From an uncultured Clostridia bacterium (GTDB taxonomy: Bacteria > Bacillota > Clostridia > Christensenellales > UBA1242), in assembly GCA_944383295.1 (NCBI GenBank), contig CALWOW010000035.1:1-63321 (forward strand): 63,321 bases of DNA, written 5' to 3'. Position 1 is the stretch's first letter, and every line of letters starts with the position of its first letter. The notes beneath the pieces were generated by a model, which did no database searches, was not told the origin of the DNA, and saw only the letters and a program-made list of their open reading frames with translations. A program made the translations under genes and the position numbers. Below are positions 10,750 to 20,600 of the stretch, in pieces.

Positions 10750-11418
10750 ATGAGCAAATTCTGTGAATATTGCAAAGTTAATATTGTAGATGATAGTCCT
10801 AATTGCCCATTATGTGGTAAGTGTATTGATGACCAATGCGAAAAGAAAAATAAATTTTACCCCAAATATAAGTTAGTTGCAGACAAAAGAGAGCCTATAA
10901 TAAAAATTTTGGAAAAACTATCTTTGCTGTTTGTTGCTTTAAGCATAGCGGTAAATTTATTTACAGATAAAACAATTTCTTGGTCTTTGTATGTTATAAT
11001 AAGTTTTGTTCTTTTAAATTTCGTTATATTAAGACCTATAAAAAAGAAATTTACATTGGCTCAAGTTTTATCGGTAGTGGCATTTTGGTTGACATGTTTT
11101 ATGTTATTTTTAGAGCTTTATACAAGCACTTGGGGTTGGGGAGTAATGTACGCAATACCATTCACATGGCTCGGATTAGCAGTTTTGTCTGGTATTATGA
11201 CTATGGTACACGGATATGTAAATTTTGAAATGTTTAAACCGATGTTTATGCTTACATTTCTTTCGGCAATTTCTTTGATATTAGTATTGTGTTTTAATTG
11301 TGAAGTTGTATGGCCAACACTAGTTGCTTTGTTGGTTTCGGCTAGTGAAATAATATTAATGTTTATGTTTAGGTTTAAGCGATCCGTTCGCTCACTTAAA
11401 AAAGATTTTGGTATATAG
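10750..11418 (+). CDS. Zinc-ribbon membrane protein (DUF6320-like)
   Basis: N-terminal CxxC...CPLC followed by about six hydrophobic segments; starts 12 bp after the acyltransferase. Confidence 0.65.
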   Translation: MSKFCEYCKVNIVDDSPNCPLCGKCIDDQCEKKNKFYPKYKLVADKREPIIKILEKLSLLFVALSIAVNLFTDKTISWSLYVIISFVLLNFVILRPIKKKFTLAQVLSVVAFWLTCFMLFLELYTSTWGWGVMYAIPFTWLGLAVLSGIMTMVHGYVNFEMFKPMFMLTFLSAISLILVLCFNCEVVWPTLVALLVSASEIILMFMFRFKRSVRSLKKDFGI

Positions 11419-11434
11419 CACATAGGAGGTAAAA

Positions 11435-12055
11435 ATGAATTACGAAAAATTGAAAGATTTTAGTGCAGAAAAATTTAATGCACCAGATATATCTGATGTG
11501 AATTATGACAATCAAATGATATATTTTAATATAATAAGAGATGAGTTTACAACTTTAAACCAGCAAGAGAGTGAATTGCCTAGAGAAATGTTTGTCAAGT
11601 CCTATGCTCGTAAAATTATGGATGTAATTGAAATGGCAGCTGGGGGTATTGTACCCGCTCAAGACTTTTTGTGTTACTTGTATAAAAGAGGGATTGATGA
11701 TTTATTAGAAGCAAATCTTGTACGAGCGCATGAGTGGGGGATTTTGGCAGTTAGCAATGGTAGTAAGTTGTCTATTGAAAGGTTAAGATTGTTTTTTGAT
11801 CCTGTATATGATTATGTTTTAGAAAGTGGTAAAGTTGAAAGCATTATAGTAAAAAACCAAATAGCAAACGATGCTGATGTTACAGATTTTATAGCACAAA
11901 GTTATTGTATATTATTAATTGAAGAAATGAAAATTGATTTATTGAATGTAGCGAAAAAGAAAATAGCAGAAGATGAGAACTTTATAAAGTTTTCGCATGA
12001 TGCAACAGAAGCGAATAAAAAAGTATTACCAAAGTTACTTGAATTGATTGCATAA
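11435..12055 (+). CDS. Hypothetical protein, 206 aa
   Basis: GGAGG RBS and a 16-bp gap to the previous gene; no motif recognised. Confidence 0.7.
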   Translation: MNYEKLKDFSAEKFNAPDISDVNYDNQMIYFNIIRDEFTTLNQQESELPREMFVKSYARKIMDVIEMAAGGIVPAQDFLCYLYKRGIDDLLEANLVRAHEWGILAVSNGSKLSIERLRLFFDPVYDYVLESGKVESIIVKNQIANDADVTDFIAQSYCILLIEEMKIDLLNVAKKKIAEDENFIKFSHDATEANKKVLPKLLELIA

Positions 12056-12086
12056 TACATAGCATAATACCTATGCATAGTACTTT

Positions 12087-12115
12087 AAAACCCTTTACAA
12101 AAAGGGTTTTTATTT
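12087..12115 (+). terminator. Intrinsic terminator
   Basis: AAAACCCTTT-acaa-AAAGGGTTTT followed by Ts. Confidence 0.75.
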
Positions 12116-12158
12116 TTTTATAAATATATTTTTATTTTTAAAATTGTGTTTTATTTAT

Positions 12159-12187
12159 GTATAGTTTTAATAAAACTATTTATACTA
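12159..12187 (+). promoter_or_regulatory. Putative SigG (forespore) promoter of the spoVT-like gene
   Basis: GTATA-17 bp-TATACTA against the SigG consensus GHATA-17/18-CATAHTA; spoVT is SigG-dependent in B. subtilis and C. difficile. Confidence 0.5.
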
Positions 12188-12213
12188 ATAATAAAATTTT
12201 AAGGGAGAAATAT

Positions 12214-12729
12214 ATGGCTGATGATAAAAAGGGAATGTTAAGACATGTTGATGTTTTAGGGCGTGTGGTTATACCTCGTGAAGTAAGAAAAGCATTAAGA
12301 ATAAATTATGGTGATTTAATGGAATTTTGTGCTTGCTCTAATCAGCAAGTTGTGATGAGAAAATTTCATTTAATTAGAGAAATTGCCGATTTAGCTATTT
12401 CATTGGTTAGTCTTGCTCAAATAGGTAGGCAATGTGATATTTATATTATGGATACAGAAAAAGTTGTTTGTAAAAACACAAGTAAACAAACAACCCAAAA
12501 TGAATTAGTAAAAGATATGATAAATTTATTAAATAATAGGAAGGAACAAGCACTTAAAGAAATTTATGTTACCGAAACGCAAAAAATTAATAATGGATAT
12601 TTTTTACCTATAATTTCTAGGGGGGACTTAATTGGTGGTGTTTTGATATCACGGGAAACTTTAGGAGATGATTTAATACAAGTAGGCAAAGGTTTAACTA
12701 AATTTTTAAGTGATTATTTTGATGAATAA
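12214..12729 (+). CDS. spoVT: AbrB/SpoVT-family transcriptional regulator with C-terminal GAF-like domain
   Basis: GGGAG RBS before ATG 12214. AbrB motif RHVDVLGRVVIPREVRKALRINYGDLMEF and a SpoVT_C-like tail (PIISRGDLIGGVLI). Confidence 0.7.
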   Translation: MADDKKGMLRHVDVLGRVVIPREVRKALRINYGDLMEFCACSNQQVVMRKFHLIREIADLAISLVSLAQIGRQCDIYIMDTEKVVCKNTSKQTTQNELVKDMINLLNNRKEQALKEIYVTETQKINNGYFLPIISRGDLIGGVLISRETLGDDLIQVGKGLTKFLSDYFDE

Positions 12730-12738
12730 TTTTGTATA

Positions 12739-12766
12739 AAAAACAAGGGTCTTTGCCCTTGTTTTT
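12739..12766. terminator. Bidirectional intrinsic terminator
   Basis: AAAAACAAGGG / CCCTTGTTTTT between convergent genes. Confidence 0.8.
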
Positions 12767-13154
12767 AATATTGCATTTCTCCGTATTGAACGTTTCTTGA
12801 TTTTCTGTCTTCTTCAATAAGTTGATTAATCAAATTACGTACTTTAGAAGGATTTTTTATTCGTATCAAATCTACATGGTCGTCGGAAGCATCTTTGCAG
12901 AATACTTTTAAAGTTCCTGTACCCCAAAATTTGTTTGTAAATGATTCAAAAATTGATGTATCATCTATACGAAAAACATTTACTTCGTTTATGTGACTTG
13001 TAAGTAAACCTATATCAACGATGAGTTTTACCCATTTGCCAGGTTTCTTTACAATGCTATAACGTGTAAACGAAAGGGGAAGACCACACCAGCGTTTGCG
13101 GTCGTGCCATAATTCAACACAATCATCGCCATATTTTTTTGCTGCTACTGACAT
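12765..13154 (-). CDS. Bacterial PH-domain protein (bPH_2-like)
   Basis: WHDRKRWCGLPLSFTRY...EVNVFRIDD...WGTGTLKVFCKDAS pattern, typical of small firmicute PH proteins. Confidence 0.7.
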   Translation of the reverse strand: MSVAAKKYGDDCVELWHDRKRWCGLPLSFTRYSIVKKPGKWVKLIVDIGLLTSHINEVNVFRIDDTSIFESFTNKFWGTGTLKVFCKDASDDHVDLIRIKNPSKVRNLINQLIEEDRKSRNVQYGEMQY

Positions 13155-13297
13155 TTTGTACCTCTTTAAGTTTTATTTAATTTAGATTAACATAAAAACA
13201 ATAAAAAGTAAATACTTTTCAATAATTTATATGCCGTAATTTTTTAAAGTATTATTTGAAATTTATTTTGAAAATAATTTAATCTCTTTAAAGAACT

Positions 13298-13744
13298 TTA
13301 ATCTTCTATTATTACTGTTCCGTCTTCTTTGATTTCTATTGTGTCGCCACTTTTTACTGTTTGCAAAAATTCTTCGCCTAGTTTATCAATAGCAATCATA
13401 GGACTTTTTTCCCAAATCTTTGCTAAGATTACTCCGCTTGCTGCAAGTGAATCTATTTCATTAGAAAACAACATTGCGCTAGGATTTATCCCCATAGAGC
13501 ATACTGTTTGAAGTACCATACCGCCCGTTGTAGAACCTATTGTAGTTGGCAAGCACAAAATCTTACCCGTTATTACTTTACCATAAATATCTGGATTGTT
13601 TTGGTCACTTCCTATTATCTCTTTGGCATTTTTAAGAGCGCTTTTTTGGAATGTAGCAAGCGTATTTAAACCTGCGTGCGAAACCAAAGCTTCACCTTTT
13701 AGATTTCCAGCGTTCAATACTCTACCTTTAAATTCTTTACTCAT
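13298..13744 (-). CDS. Aconitase X small (swivel) subunit, DUF126 family
   Basis: GRVLNAGNLKGEALVS...GKILCLPTTIGSTTG...IKSGDTIEI; 1-bp gap after the large subunit. Confidence 0.85.
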   Translation of the reverse strand: MSKEFKGRVLNAGNLKGEALVSHAGLNTLATFQKSALKNAKEIIGSDQNNPDIYGKVITGKILCLPTTIGSTTGGMVLQTVCSMGINPSAMLFSNEIDSLAASGVILAKIWEKSPMIAIDKLGEEFLQTVKSGDTIEIKEDGTVIIED

Positions 13745-13745
13745 T

Positions 13746-15020
13746 TTAATTCTCCTTACCTGTAATAATATCTAAAATTTCTTGTTCTCTATAGAATCTT
13801 GCAGCCGTGTAGGTGCGTAATTTATTTGAGCAAGTTATAATAGGTCTTGAATGAGTGAGAGGATTGTTAAGATACATCAGTGGGCAAATGCTAGTCAATT
13901 TTGCACCTGTTGCTTGTAATTTTAAATATTGTGCGCTTTTTTCAAATTCTTTTGCAATAGCAGGTGAAGTGCATAGTATTGTACGGCATGTAACTTTACT
14001 TCTTCCGTTTTTAATCAAGCTGTTGAAAATATTATCAGTCCAAGCATTAAGTTGCTCCATAGATAGGTGTGGACAACCTATAAAACAAAGTTTTGGCTTT
14101 GCTTCTTTATTTTTCCAAAGGATAGGGTAGTTGTCATAAGTTTTTTGCAAGTATTCATCATCAATAACTAATTTTTTAGCATCTTTGCGAATTAATTTTT
14201 CACCGCTTTCTTTTGCTTCTGGGGTAAGATTTTCGACATGGAAAAGACCTACTGCACCGTTACTTGCACTTGCTGCTCCCATATCTTTAAGATAAGCGCA
14301 AACATGGTCATCAAGTTTTGTGCCAATAAATTTATCCAAGCCTTTTATATAAGGAACACCATCTCCAACAGCAATACCAATAGCACTACCTAAAATTTGC
14401 GCTTCAGGAATTTTTGTTGTTTTTATTTCGACAATCCAATTTGCTTTACGATTTTCATCTAATAAAAGTCCAAATTCTGGCACTTTGCCCAAAATGCACC
14501 CAAACAAGTCTATCATTCCACTATTACGATTACATCTAGCACCTAAAACAGAGTTTGCATAAACTACTGCACTACTTTCCGCCCAAGAAAGAATATCGCC
14601 TTTTTGCGGAATGTTTCCCATTTCTTTATGGTAACAAGCGCAACTAAATGCATCTTTGTCTTTTAAACCAACTTGATTGAGTTGTACTTCATAATCTTGT
14701 TGTTTGCCATACATAATTTTGCTAAAAATGAGTTTGTCAAGCAAATTACATTTTACATTTTTGTAGTCAATAGGGCGTGGGTCTGCTGTAAATTTCCATT
14801 TTGCAGTAATTCCTGCATCGATTATTTCCTGCATAGTGCGATATAATGGTTTTAGTAGGGGAATACCCATTGAAGTTACAATATGACCGTCATGAGTGAT
14901 ATCAACAAATCGCTCTGCGCCAAAAATATCGCCTAATTCCACCATAGTACGCATAATTTTAGACATAACTTCACCCTTTGAGCCATCTAAAATTTCTTGT
15001 TCTTCCTTTGTCAGTTTCAT
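13746..15020 (-). CDS. Aconitase X large (catalytic) subunit, DUF521 family
   Basis: MKLTKEEQEILDG, SCACY, WAESSAVVYANSVLGARCNR, GLFHVENLTPEA, FIGCPHLS and ICPLM, giving three candidate Fe-S cysteines. Confidence 0.9.
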   Translation of the reverse strand: MKLTKEEQEILDGSKGEVMSKIMRTMVELGDIFGAERFVDITHDGHIVTSMGIPLLKPLYRTMQEIIDAGITAKWKFTADPRPIDYKNVKCNLLDKLIFSKIMYGKQQDYEVQLNQVGLKDKDAFSCACYHKEMGNIPQKGDILSWAESSAVVYANSVLGARCNRNSGMIDLFGCILGKVPEFGLLLDENRKANWIVEIKTTKIPEAQILGSAIGIAVGDGVPYIKGLDKFIGTKLDDHVCAYLKDMGAASASNGAVGLFHVENLTPEAKESGEKLIRKDAKKLVIDDEYLQKTYDNYPILWKNKEAKPKLCFIGCPHLSMEQLNAWTDNIFNSLIKNGRSKVTCRTILCTSPAIAKEFEKSAQYLKLQATGAKLTSICPLMYLNNPLTHSRPIITCSNKLRTYTAARFYREQEILDIITGKEN

Positions 15021-15058
15021 AGAAAATCTCCTTTTTTATTTTTAATAATTGTATAAAA

Positions 15059-17326
15059 TTATATATCACGACAAGTGCGATAAGCACTTTTTGTTGCTGC
15101 AAACACTTTTCCAGGTTTTATTGCATCACCAATTTGATAAATATTTGGTGCAGCGTTTTCTTTTACTAATTCAAAGTATAATTCATTTTGTGGGCGAGTA
15201 CCAATAGCCAAAATAACCAAGTCGGCAGGGAGTAATTTGTTTTCCAATTTTGTAGAAATCTTTGGCGCAAGTGGGTTTTCGACATTTTCAGGTAGTATAG
15301 GTTGCCAAGTGTTGTAAGGGTTAGGTACTGATTTATGAACATTTTTAGATATAATAACCGCATCTTTAGTTATTTTGTAAACTGTACTTAAATTATGTGT
15401 TATTACACCCGATTTGTCTAAATAGTGAAGTATGTGACCTCTATTTGCGGTGCAAGTGTCAGCCATAAGATTTTCTGTCATTTCAACTATCTGTACATTC
15501 TTGTTAAGTTCGAGTTTAGCCCAATATGCCGTTTCACAACCAGAATCACCACCGCCAATAATTACAATATCCTTTGCATTTTTTACTCTATCTACATTTA
15601 ACAAAGCTTCTGTAACTGTAACTACATTTTTGTTTTCTACACCGTCTATTTTAGGAGTGACAATGTGACTTCCTGTCGCAACAACTATAACATCAAATTT
15701 TCCTTTCAAGTTTTCAACGGTTGCTGTTGTATTTAATTTTAATTTGAAGTTAGGATTTGATTTCAAATCTTCAATTTCGTTTTGAAGATGCTTTACATAG
15801 TTGTTAATTTCAAATTTTATCTTCGGTACTCCTGCGGCAATTAAAGTACCGCCAATTTCACTATTTTTTTCGAAAAGTGTAACATTGTGACCACGACCTA
15901 ACAAAGTTTTTACTGCAACAACTCCAGCAGGACCGCCACCGATAACGGCGACTTTTTGTGGGTTGCTTGCAAGTGGTATTTCACGAGAAAAAACATCTTC
16001 GAATGCAGTGCGAGGATTTACCGCACATTGTGGGTGTCCACCTTCAACAAATTCACGAATACAAGCTTCGTGACAACCAATGCAAGGATTAATCTTTTCG
16101 CAATTACCGCTGTATGCTTTGTTTGGCCAGTCAGGGTCGGCAAGCAAAGGTCTAGCAAGCATTATCATATCACATTTATTATCACGCAATGCTTTTTCTG
16201 CTAAATCTGGGTAACCTAATTTACCTACAGCTACAACAGGGACTTCTTTACCTGCATTTGAAAGTATTTTGTTTGCTTTAAAATAATCTTTCACAATTTG
16301 TGCTACATCTAAATAGCAACCGCTAGGCATACTTGCAGGTGGGTGAGGCAACCACCAGTTGTCATAGCAACCTAAATCGACATCAAACATATCAACGCCC
16401 GCTTTAACAAGGTTTGCCATATAGTCTAAGGTTTGTTGAACAGTTCTTTCGTTTTTAAACTTCTTTAGACTTTTTATTTGTTCAATTTTTTCTTGATAAG
16501 TTGCGTTAAGAGCAAGTGATAAGTCTATTCTATACATGATAGGGTAGCGGTCACCTGTGCGTTTACGTATCTCTTTTACTACATCAATACCAAATCGTTG
16601 CCAGTCGGAATATTTACCCATAGAGCGCCTATTAAATGCAGGGTTTGTTAATTGTTCGAGCAAATATCCTTCGTGTCCGTGCAGATATACACCATCTATA
16701 TTAAGCGCTTTTGCATCTGCTGCTGATTGCCCAAAGCGTTTTACGAGTTTATCTAACTTATGACCACTTATTCGTTGACAAGGAATTTGTGGCATATAAA
16801 AATTAGGGTTCCACGAAGCACTAACAGGTAGTTTAAATTGCGTGAGCAAACACTGAGGATTTCCTACACGTCCAAGACCTGCTGTAAGTTGAATAAATAT
16901 GTGTGAGCCGTGAGAATGCACACCAGCGGCGACTTCACGCCAACCAGAAAACACTGTACGAGTGCGGTCAATCCTAGGGAAGTAACTTAAATCTCCAAGT
17001 TCCTTTACGGTTGGGTCTATACCGTAACTAACAGGGATTAAGCCTGTTGTTATTAAACCAACGCCACCTTTTGCACGTTCTGCAAAATAACTAATCATTT
17101 TTTGACTTGGACGACCAGTTTCTTCTGCCATATTTATATTACCCATAGGTCCCATTACAAGACGGTTCTTAAGTGTCAAATGGTTTACAGTAATAGGGCT
17201 AAACATAGCAGTATATGGATATAACTTGTTCGACAAGGTAGGGGCTTCGAAATTGTGGTTCCACCAATCGCCAAAATTATCTTCTAAATCGTAAAGTATT
17301 TTATCATTTACCATAATTTTCTCCAT
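15059..17326 (-). CDS. NADH:flavin oxidoreductase (old yellow enzyme / 2-enoate reductase type) with Fe-S and FAD/NAD domains
   Basis: LKNRLVMGPM, active-site HGHEGYLLEQ, cluster motif CIGCHEAC...CAVNP, and Rossmann motifs VIGGGPAG and IIGGGDSG. The start may be ATG 17314, which has GGAG upstream. Confidence 0.92.
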   Translation of the reverse strand: MEKIMVNDKILYDLEDNFGDWWNHNFEAPTLSNKLYPYTAMFSPITVNHLTLKNRLVMGPMGNINMAEETGRPSQKMISYFAERAKGGVGLITTGLIPVSYGIDPTVKELGDLSYFPRIDRTRTVFSGWREVAAGVHSHGSHIFIQLTAGLGRVGNPQCLLTQFKLPVSASWNPNFYMPQIPCQRISGHKLDKLVKRFGQSAADAKALNIDGVYLHGHEGYLLEQLTNPAFNRRSMGKYSDWQRFGIDVVKEIRKRTGDRYPIMYRIDLSLALNATYQEKIEQIKSLKKFKNERTVQQTLDYMANLVKAGVDMFDVDLGCYDNWWLPHPPASMPSGCYLDVAQIVKDYFKANKILSNAGKEVPVVAVGKLGYPDLAEKALRDNKCDMIMLARPLLADPDWPNKAYSGNCEKINPCIGCHEACIREFVEGGHPQCAVNPRTAFEDVFSREIPLASNPQKVAVIGGGPAGVVAVKTLLGRGHNVTLFEKNSEIGGTLIAAGVPKIKFEINNYVKHLQNEIEDLKSNPNFKLKLNTTATVENLKGKFDVIVVATGSHIVTPKIDGVENKNVVTVTEALLNVDRVKNAKDIVIIGGGDSGCETAYWAKLELNKNVQIVEMTENLMADTCTANRGHILHYLDKSGVITHNLSTVYKITKDAVIISKNVHKSVPNPYNTWQPILPENVENPLAPKISTKLENKLLPADLVILAIGTRPQNELYFELVKENAAPNIYQIGDAIKPGKVFAATKSAYRTCRDI

Positions 17327-17654
17327 TTTTTATAATATAAAATTATATCTTTAATTTTAATTTTAAGCAACTAAATGAGACAAATTACGCAACTTTTTGC
17401 AAAAATAATACAGTTAAATATTAATTTAATGCTTTTTTGCAAAGAATTAATGAAAAATAAGTTATATTAATACTAATTTAATTTTTGTTTTATAAAAAAC
17501 AATAAATGCTGTTACTTATTTTTTTGTAACAAATACCCCTTAATTCATTTGACTTTTTACCCTAAAATTTAATAAAATAAAAAATGTAGAATTTTTTAAA
17601 ATTTTGTAAATAAATGCTAGCGAAATCGACAAAATAAAAATAGGGAAAAAGATT

Positions 17655-20600
17655 ATGAAAAGTAAGTATTTTGCACTTTTATTATTAGTTATATCAACCG
17701 CATTTTTTGGACTTGTAGGTTGTGGTGATAGTTATGCAAATTTGAAGGTAGAAGTATCAACAACCGAAATTTCTTTGTTTGATAGCGATGATGCTGAAAC
17801 AAATTCAACTCTAATTACCGCTACTGTTCAAGGTGCCAGCGATAGTATGCTAAAAGATGTAGATTTTTGGTTTAAAGACAAAAATGTTGCAAAGGCCGAA
17901 GTTGTTTCATTAGATGGCAATGAATCGACTATAAGAGTTACTGCTAAAGGAGCAGGTACTACTGTAATGCGTGTTACCTCGAGAGAAAATAGTGAAATTA
18001 TGAGTGAAGACATCAATGTTTCAGTGTATCGTGACGCCGAATCAATGACTTTTAGAGATGTTAAACCTACACTCGAAGTAGGCAGTAGTTTAAAGTTGGA
18101 AACGGGTACGCTTATTAGTTTTACTCCCTCACGAGTTTATCCAAATGAAGCAGTCTTTTCAATGATGTTACCTGACAACCCTTTGTGGAATGTGGACTAT
18201 GGTGCGGCAGCATTAACAGGAGTATATATTGAGGACAATGTATTGTATGCTGATGCAAATGCTCAATGCGGAATTGCTCAAATTGAAGCAAAAATGGCAA
18301 ATGGCGTTTCGTGTGCTGTTTATGTAATGATTTACAAAAGTATAGATGAAACTGCCTTTACTCTTTACAATGGTGCAGATGAAGTTGATAGCCTTAAATT
18401 TGCTATTAACTCTGACGAATTAAATAGTGCAACTTTGACAATTTTTATCAATGATGCCGAACAAAATTATGTGATTCGAACTGAAACAACTGATGATATT
18501 TTAGTTGCAGCAACCCCTGATGAATTTGGGGATTTTGATGTATCAGTTATGGATAGTGGTTTTACACAGTTGGTAATTAATGTCGATTTAATCAATCCTG
18601 TTACAAATGGAGTTTATAAAACTTTTTCTCGTTACTATGATGTTGAAATCGTTCGTATTGCAAAACAAGTAATTGTGTCAGGGCCAAATACAGTAGCAAC
18701 AAGCGAACCTGTAACAATGTATGTGCAAGATTATTACGAAAATATAAGTGGCTCCGAAGCGCATATCCTTGTGTCACCACCAGAGGCTAAAGATTGTAGT
18801 TATGAAATTAAAGTTTTAGAAATTGATGGCTCTAGCGAAGGTATTGATGAAAAACTTGATAGTTTACTTATCCTAGTAAGTGGGCGTACCTATGTGAATA
18901 TAAAAGACTATTTAGGATATTTGCCATACGAATATGGTGAATTATTAAGAAATGATACAAGTTTTTATGTAGCATTGAATGGTGACCAAATTAAAGAAAG
19001 CGTAAAACTTTCTATTCAAGCAAACACTTATGATGATGCTTTACCTATTGTAACAAATGAAATTACTTTTATTGTAAAAGCAGGCGTTAGAGAAATTACA
19101 CCAAGTACAGATAAATTAGAAGTAGCAGTGGACGGCAGTGCCGGTTTTAGTGTGGATTTTACAACAAGCAAAGGCGAAAATATCGGTAACCCAACATTTA
19201 CATTTGAGTTTAAAGATAGCGAAATTGCAAAAATAGAAAATGACCCAAATGAAGCGTACGCATATATAGTTACAGGCTTAAAAGACGGGACAACTGATTT
19301 AACGATAAGAGCGGACAATGGCTTTGCTATTACAATTACGGTTGCCGTTTACTTAAATCTTACAGACTTTTATCTTACCACAGACAGAATGTACGAAAAT
19401 AGTAACATTGCAGAAGAAACTTGGAATGCGGAAGATTATGTAAATGAAATAGATGGTTTGTATGATAAGGGTGTAACACATCTTACTGTAAAACAAAATG
19501 CTACATTAACTGTTTCTTGTGTCTATGCTCCTGTCGGTAGTGATAAAAATTCAGTAAAAGTTTATTTGGCTACTTATGATACAGACGGTACTTATATTAG
19601 TTTGTCAGATTTGAATGCTGAAAATAAGTTTAGTTTTTATGCAAGAAAAGCAACGCCAAAAGATGAACCTGTGCAAATTATTGTTAGATTTAGTTTTAAT
19701 AAACAAATAGATAACGGTGTTTGGGAACAAGTAATAGGTGAGCGTATATTGTATGTGACTGTTTACACTCCTTTGTCAGTTTATTATTGGAATGGAACAA
19801 ACAACCAAAAGAATATAACTGAACAGTTATATGATAAAAATAGTTTATATTACGAACAACAAGATTTGGCTAGCGTAGAATTATCTACCTTTATAAATAC
19901 AAATGCAACGGTTTTTCAAAATGGTGGCACTATTGAATGGACTGTGCAAGATGAAGATTTAATTTCAATTAGCGCAAATGGAACTAGCGCAAAAATTACG
20001 GCAAATCTTGACCCTGTATTAAATCCTTTAAGTAGGTATGAAACTTATGTTTATGCTTCTGTAGTGGAATACGGCAAACGCACCACTTTGACTTGTAAAG
20101 TTATAATACTCAAACCGCAGTTGGTTGAGAGTATAACTGTCACTAATTTCAAACAAGCGGAAGGTATTCGCTTAAATGATTTGGGTGGAGAGAAAAGGAC
20201 TACCTTTACATTAAATACTGTAGTATCTCCTAAAAATGTATTTAACAGCAATTTGGGATACAAAATTTACAACGCAGAGTATGGAGAAGGAAGTATTCCT
20301 GTTGCTACTACACCTTTTGAAGGGGCTGAAGATGAAGCAATAATTCAACTCGACCCTAACAATCCTAGCAAAATCATAGCGAAAAAGGCAGGTATAGCGG
20401 TTGTTAGAATTTATCCTTTAGATAGAATAATTTCACCAGATACCGAATTAAGCCCTGCTTGGTATGTTGACGTATGGGTGGTTGTTGAAGATGGGGTATT
20501 AAATCCTTATTCTATATACACAGCAGAAGAGTTTATCGCTATAGGAAGCAGTGCGCAAGCATTAACTAAAAATTATGTTTTGATGCAAACAATAGACCTT

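Noticed and set aside
13329-16763. Small plus-strand ORFs inside the OYE/AcnX operon
   Set aside because: Antisense to strongly supported genes and without recognisable motifs.
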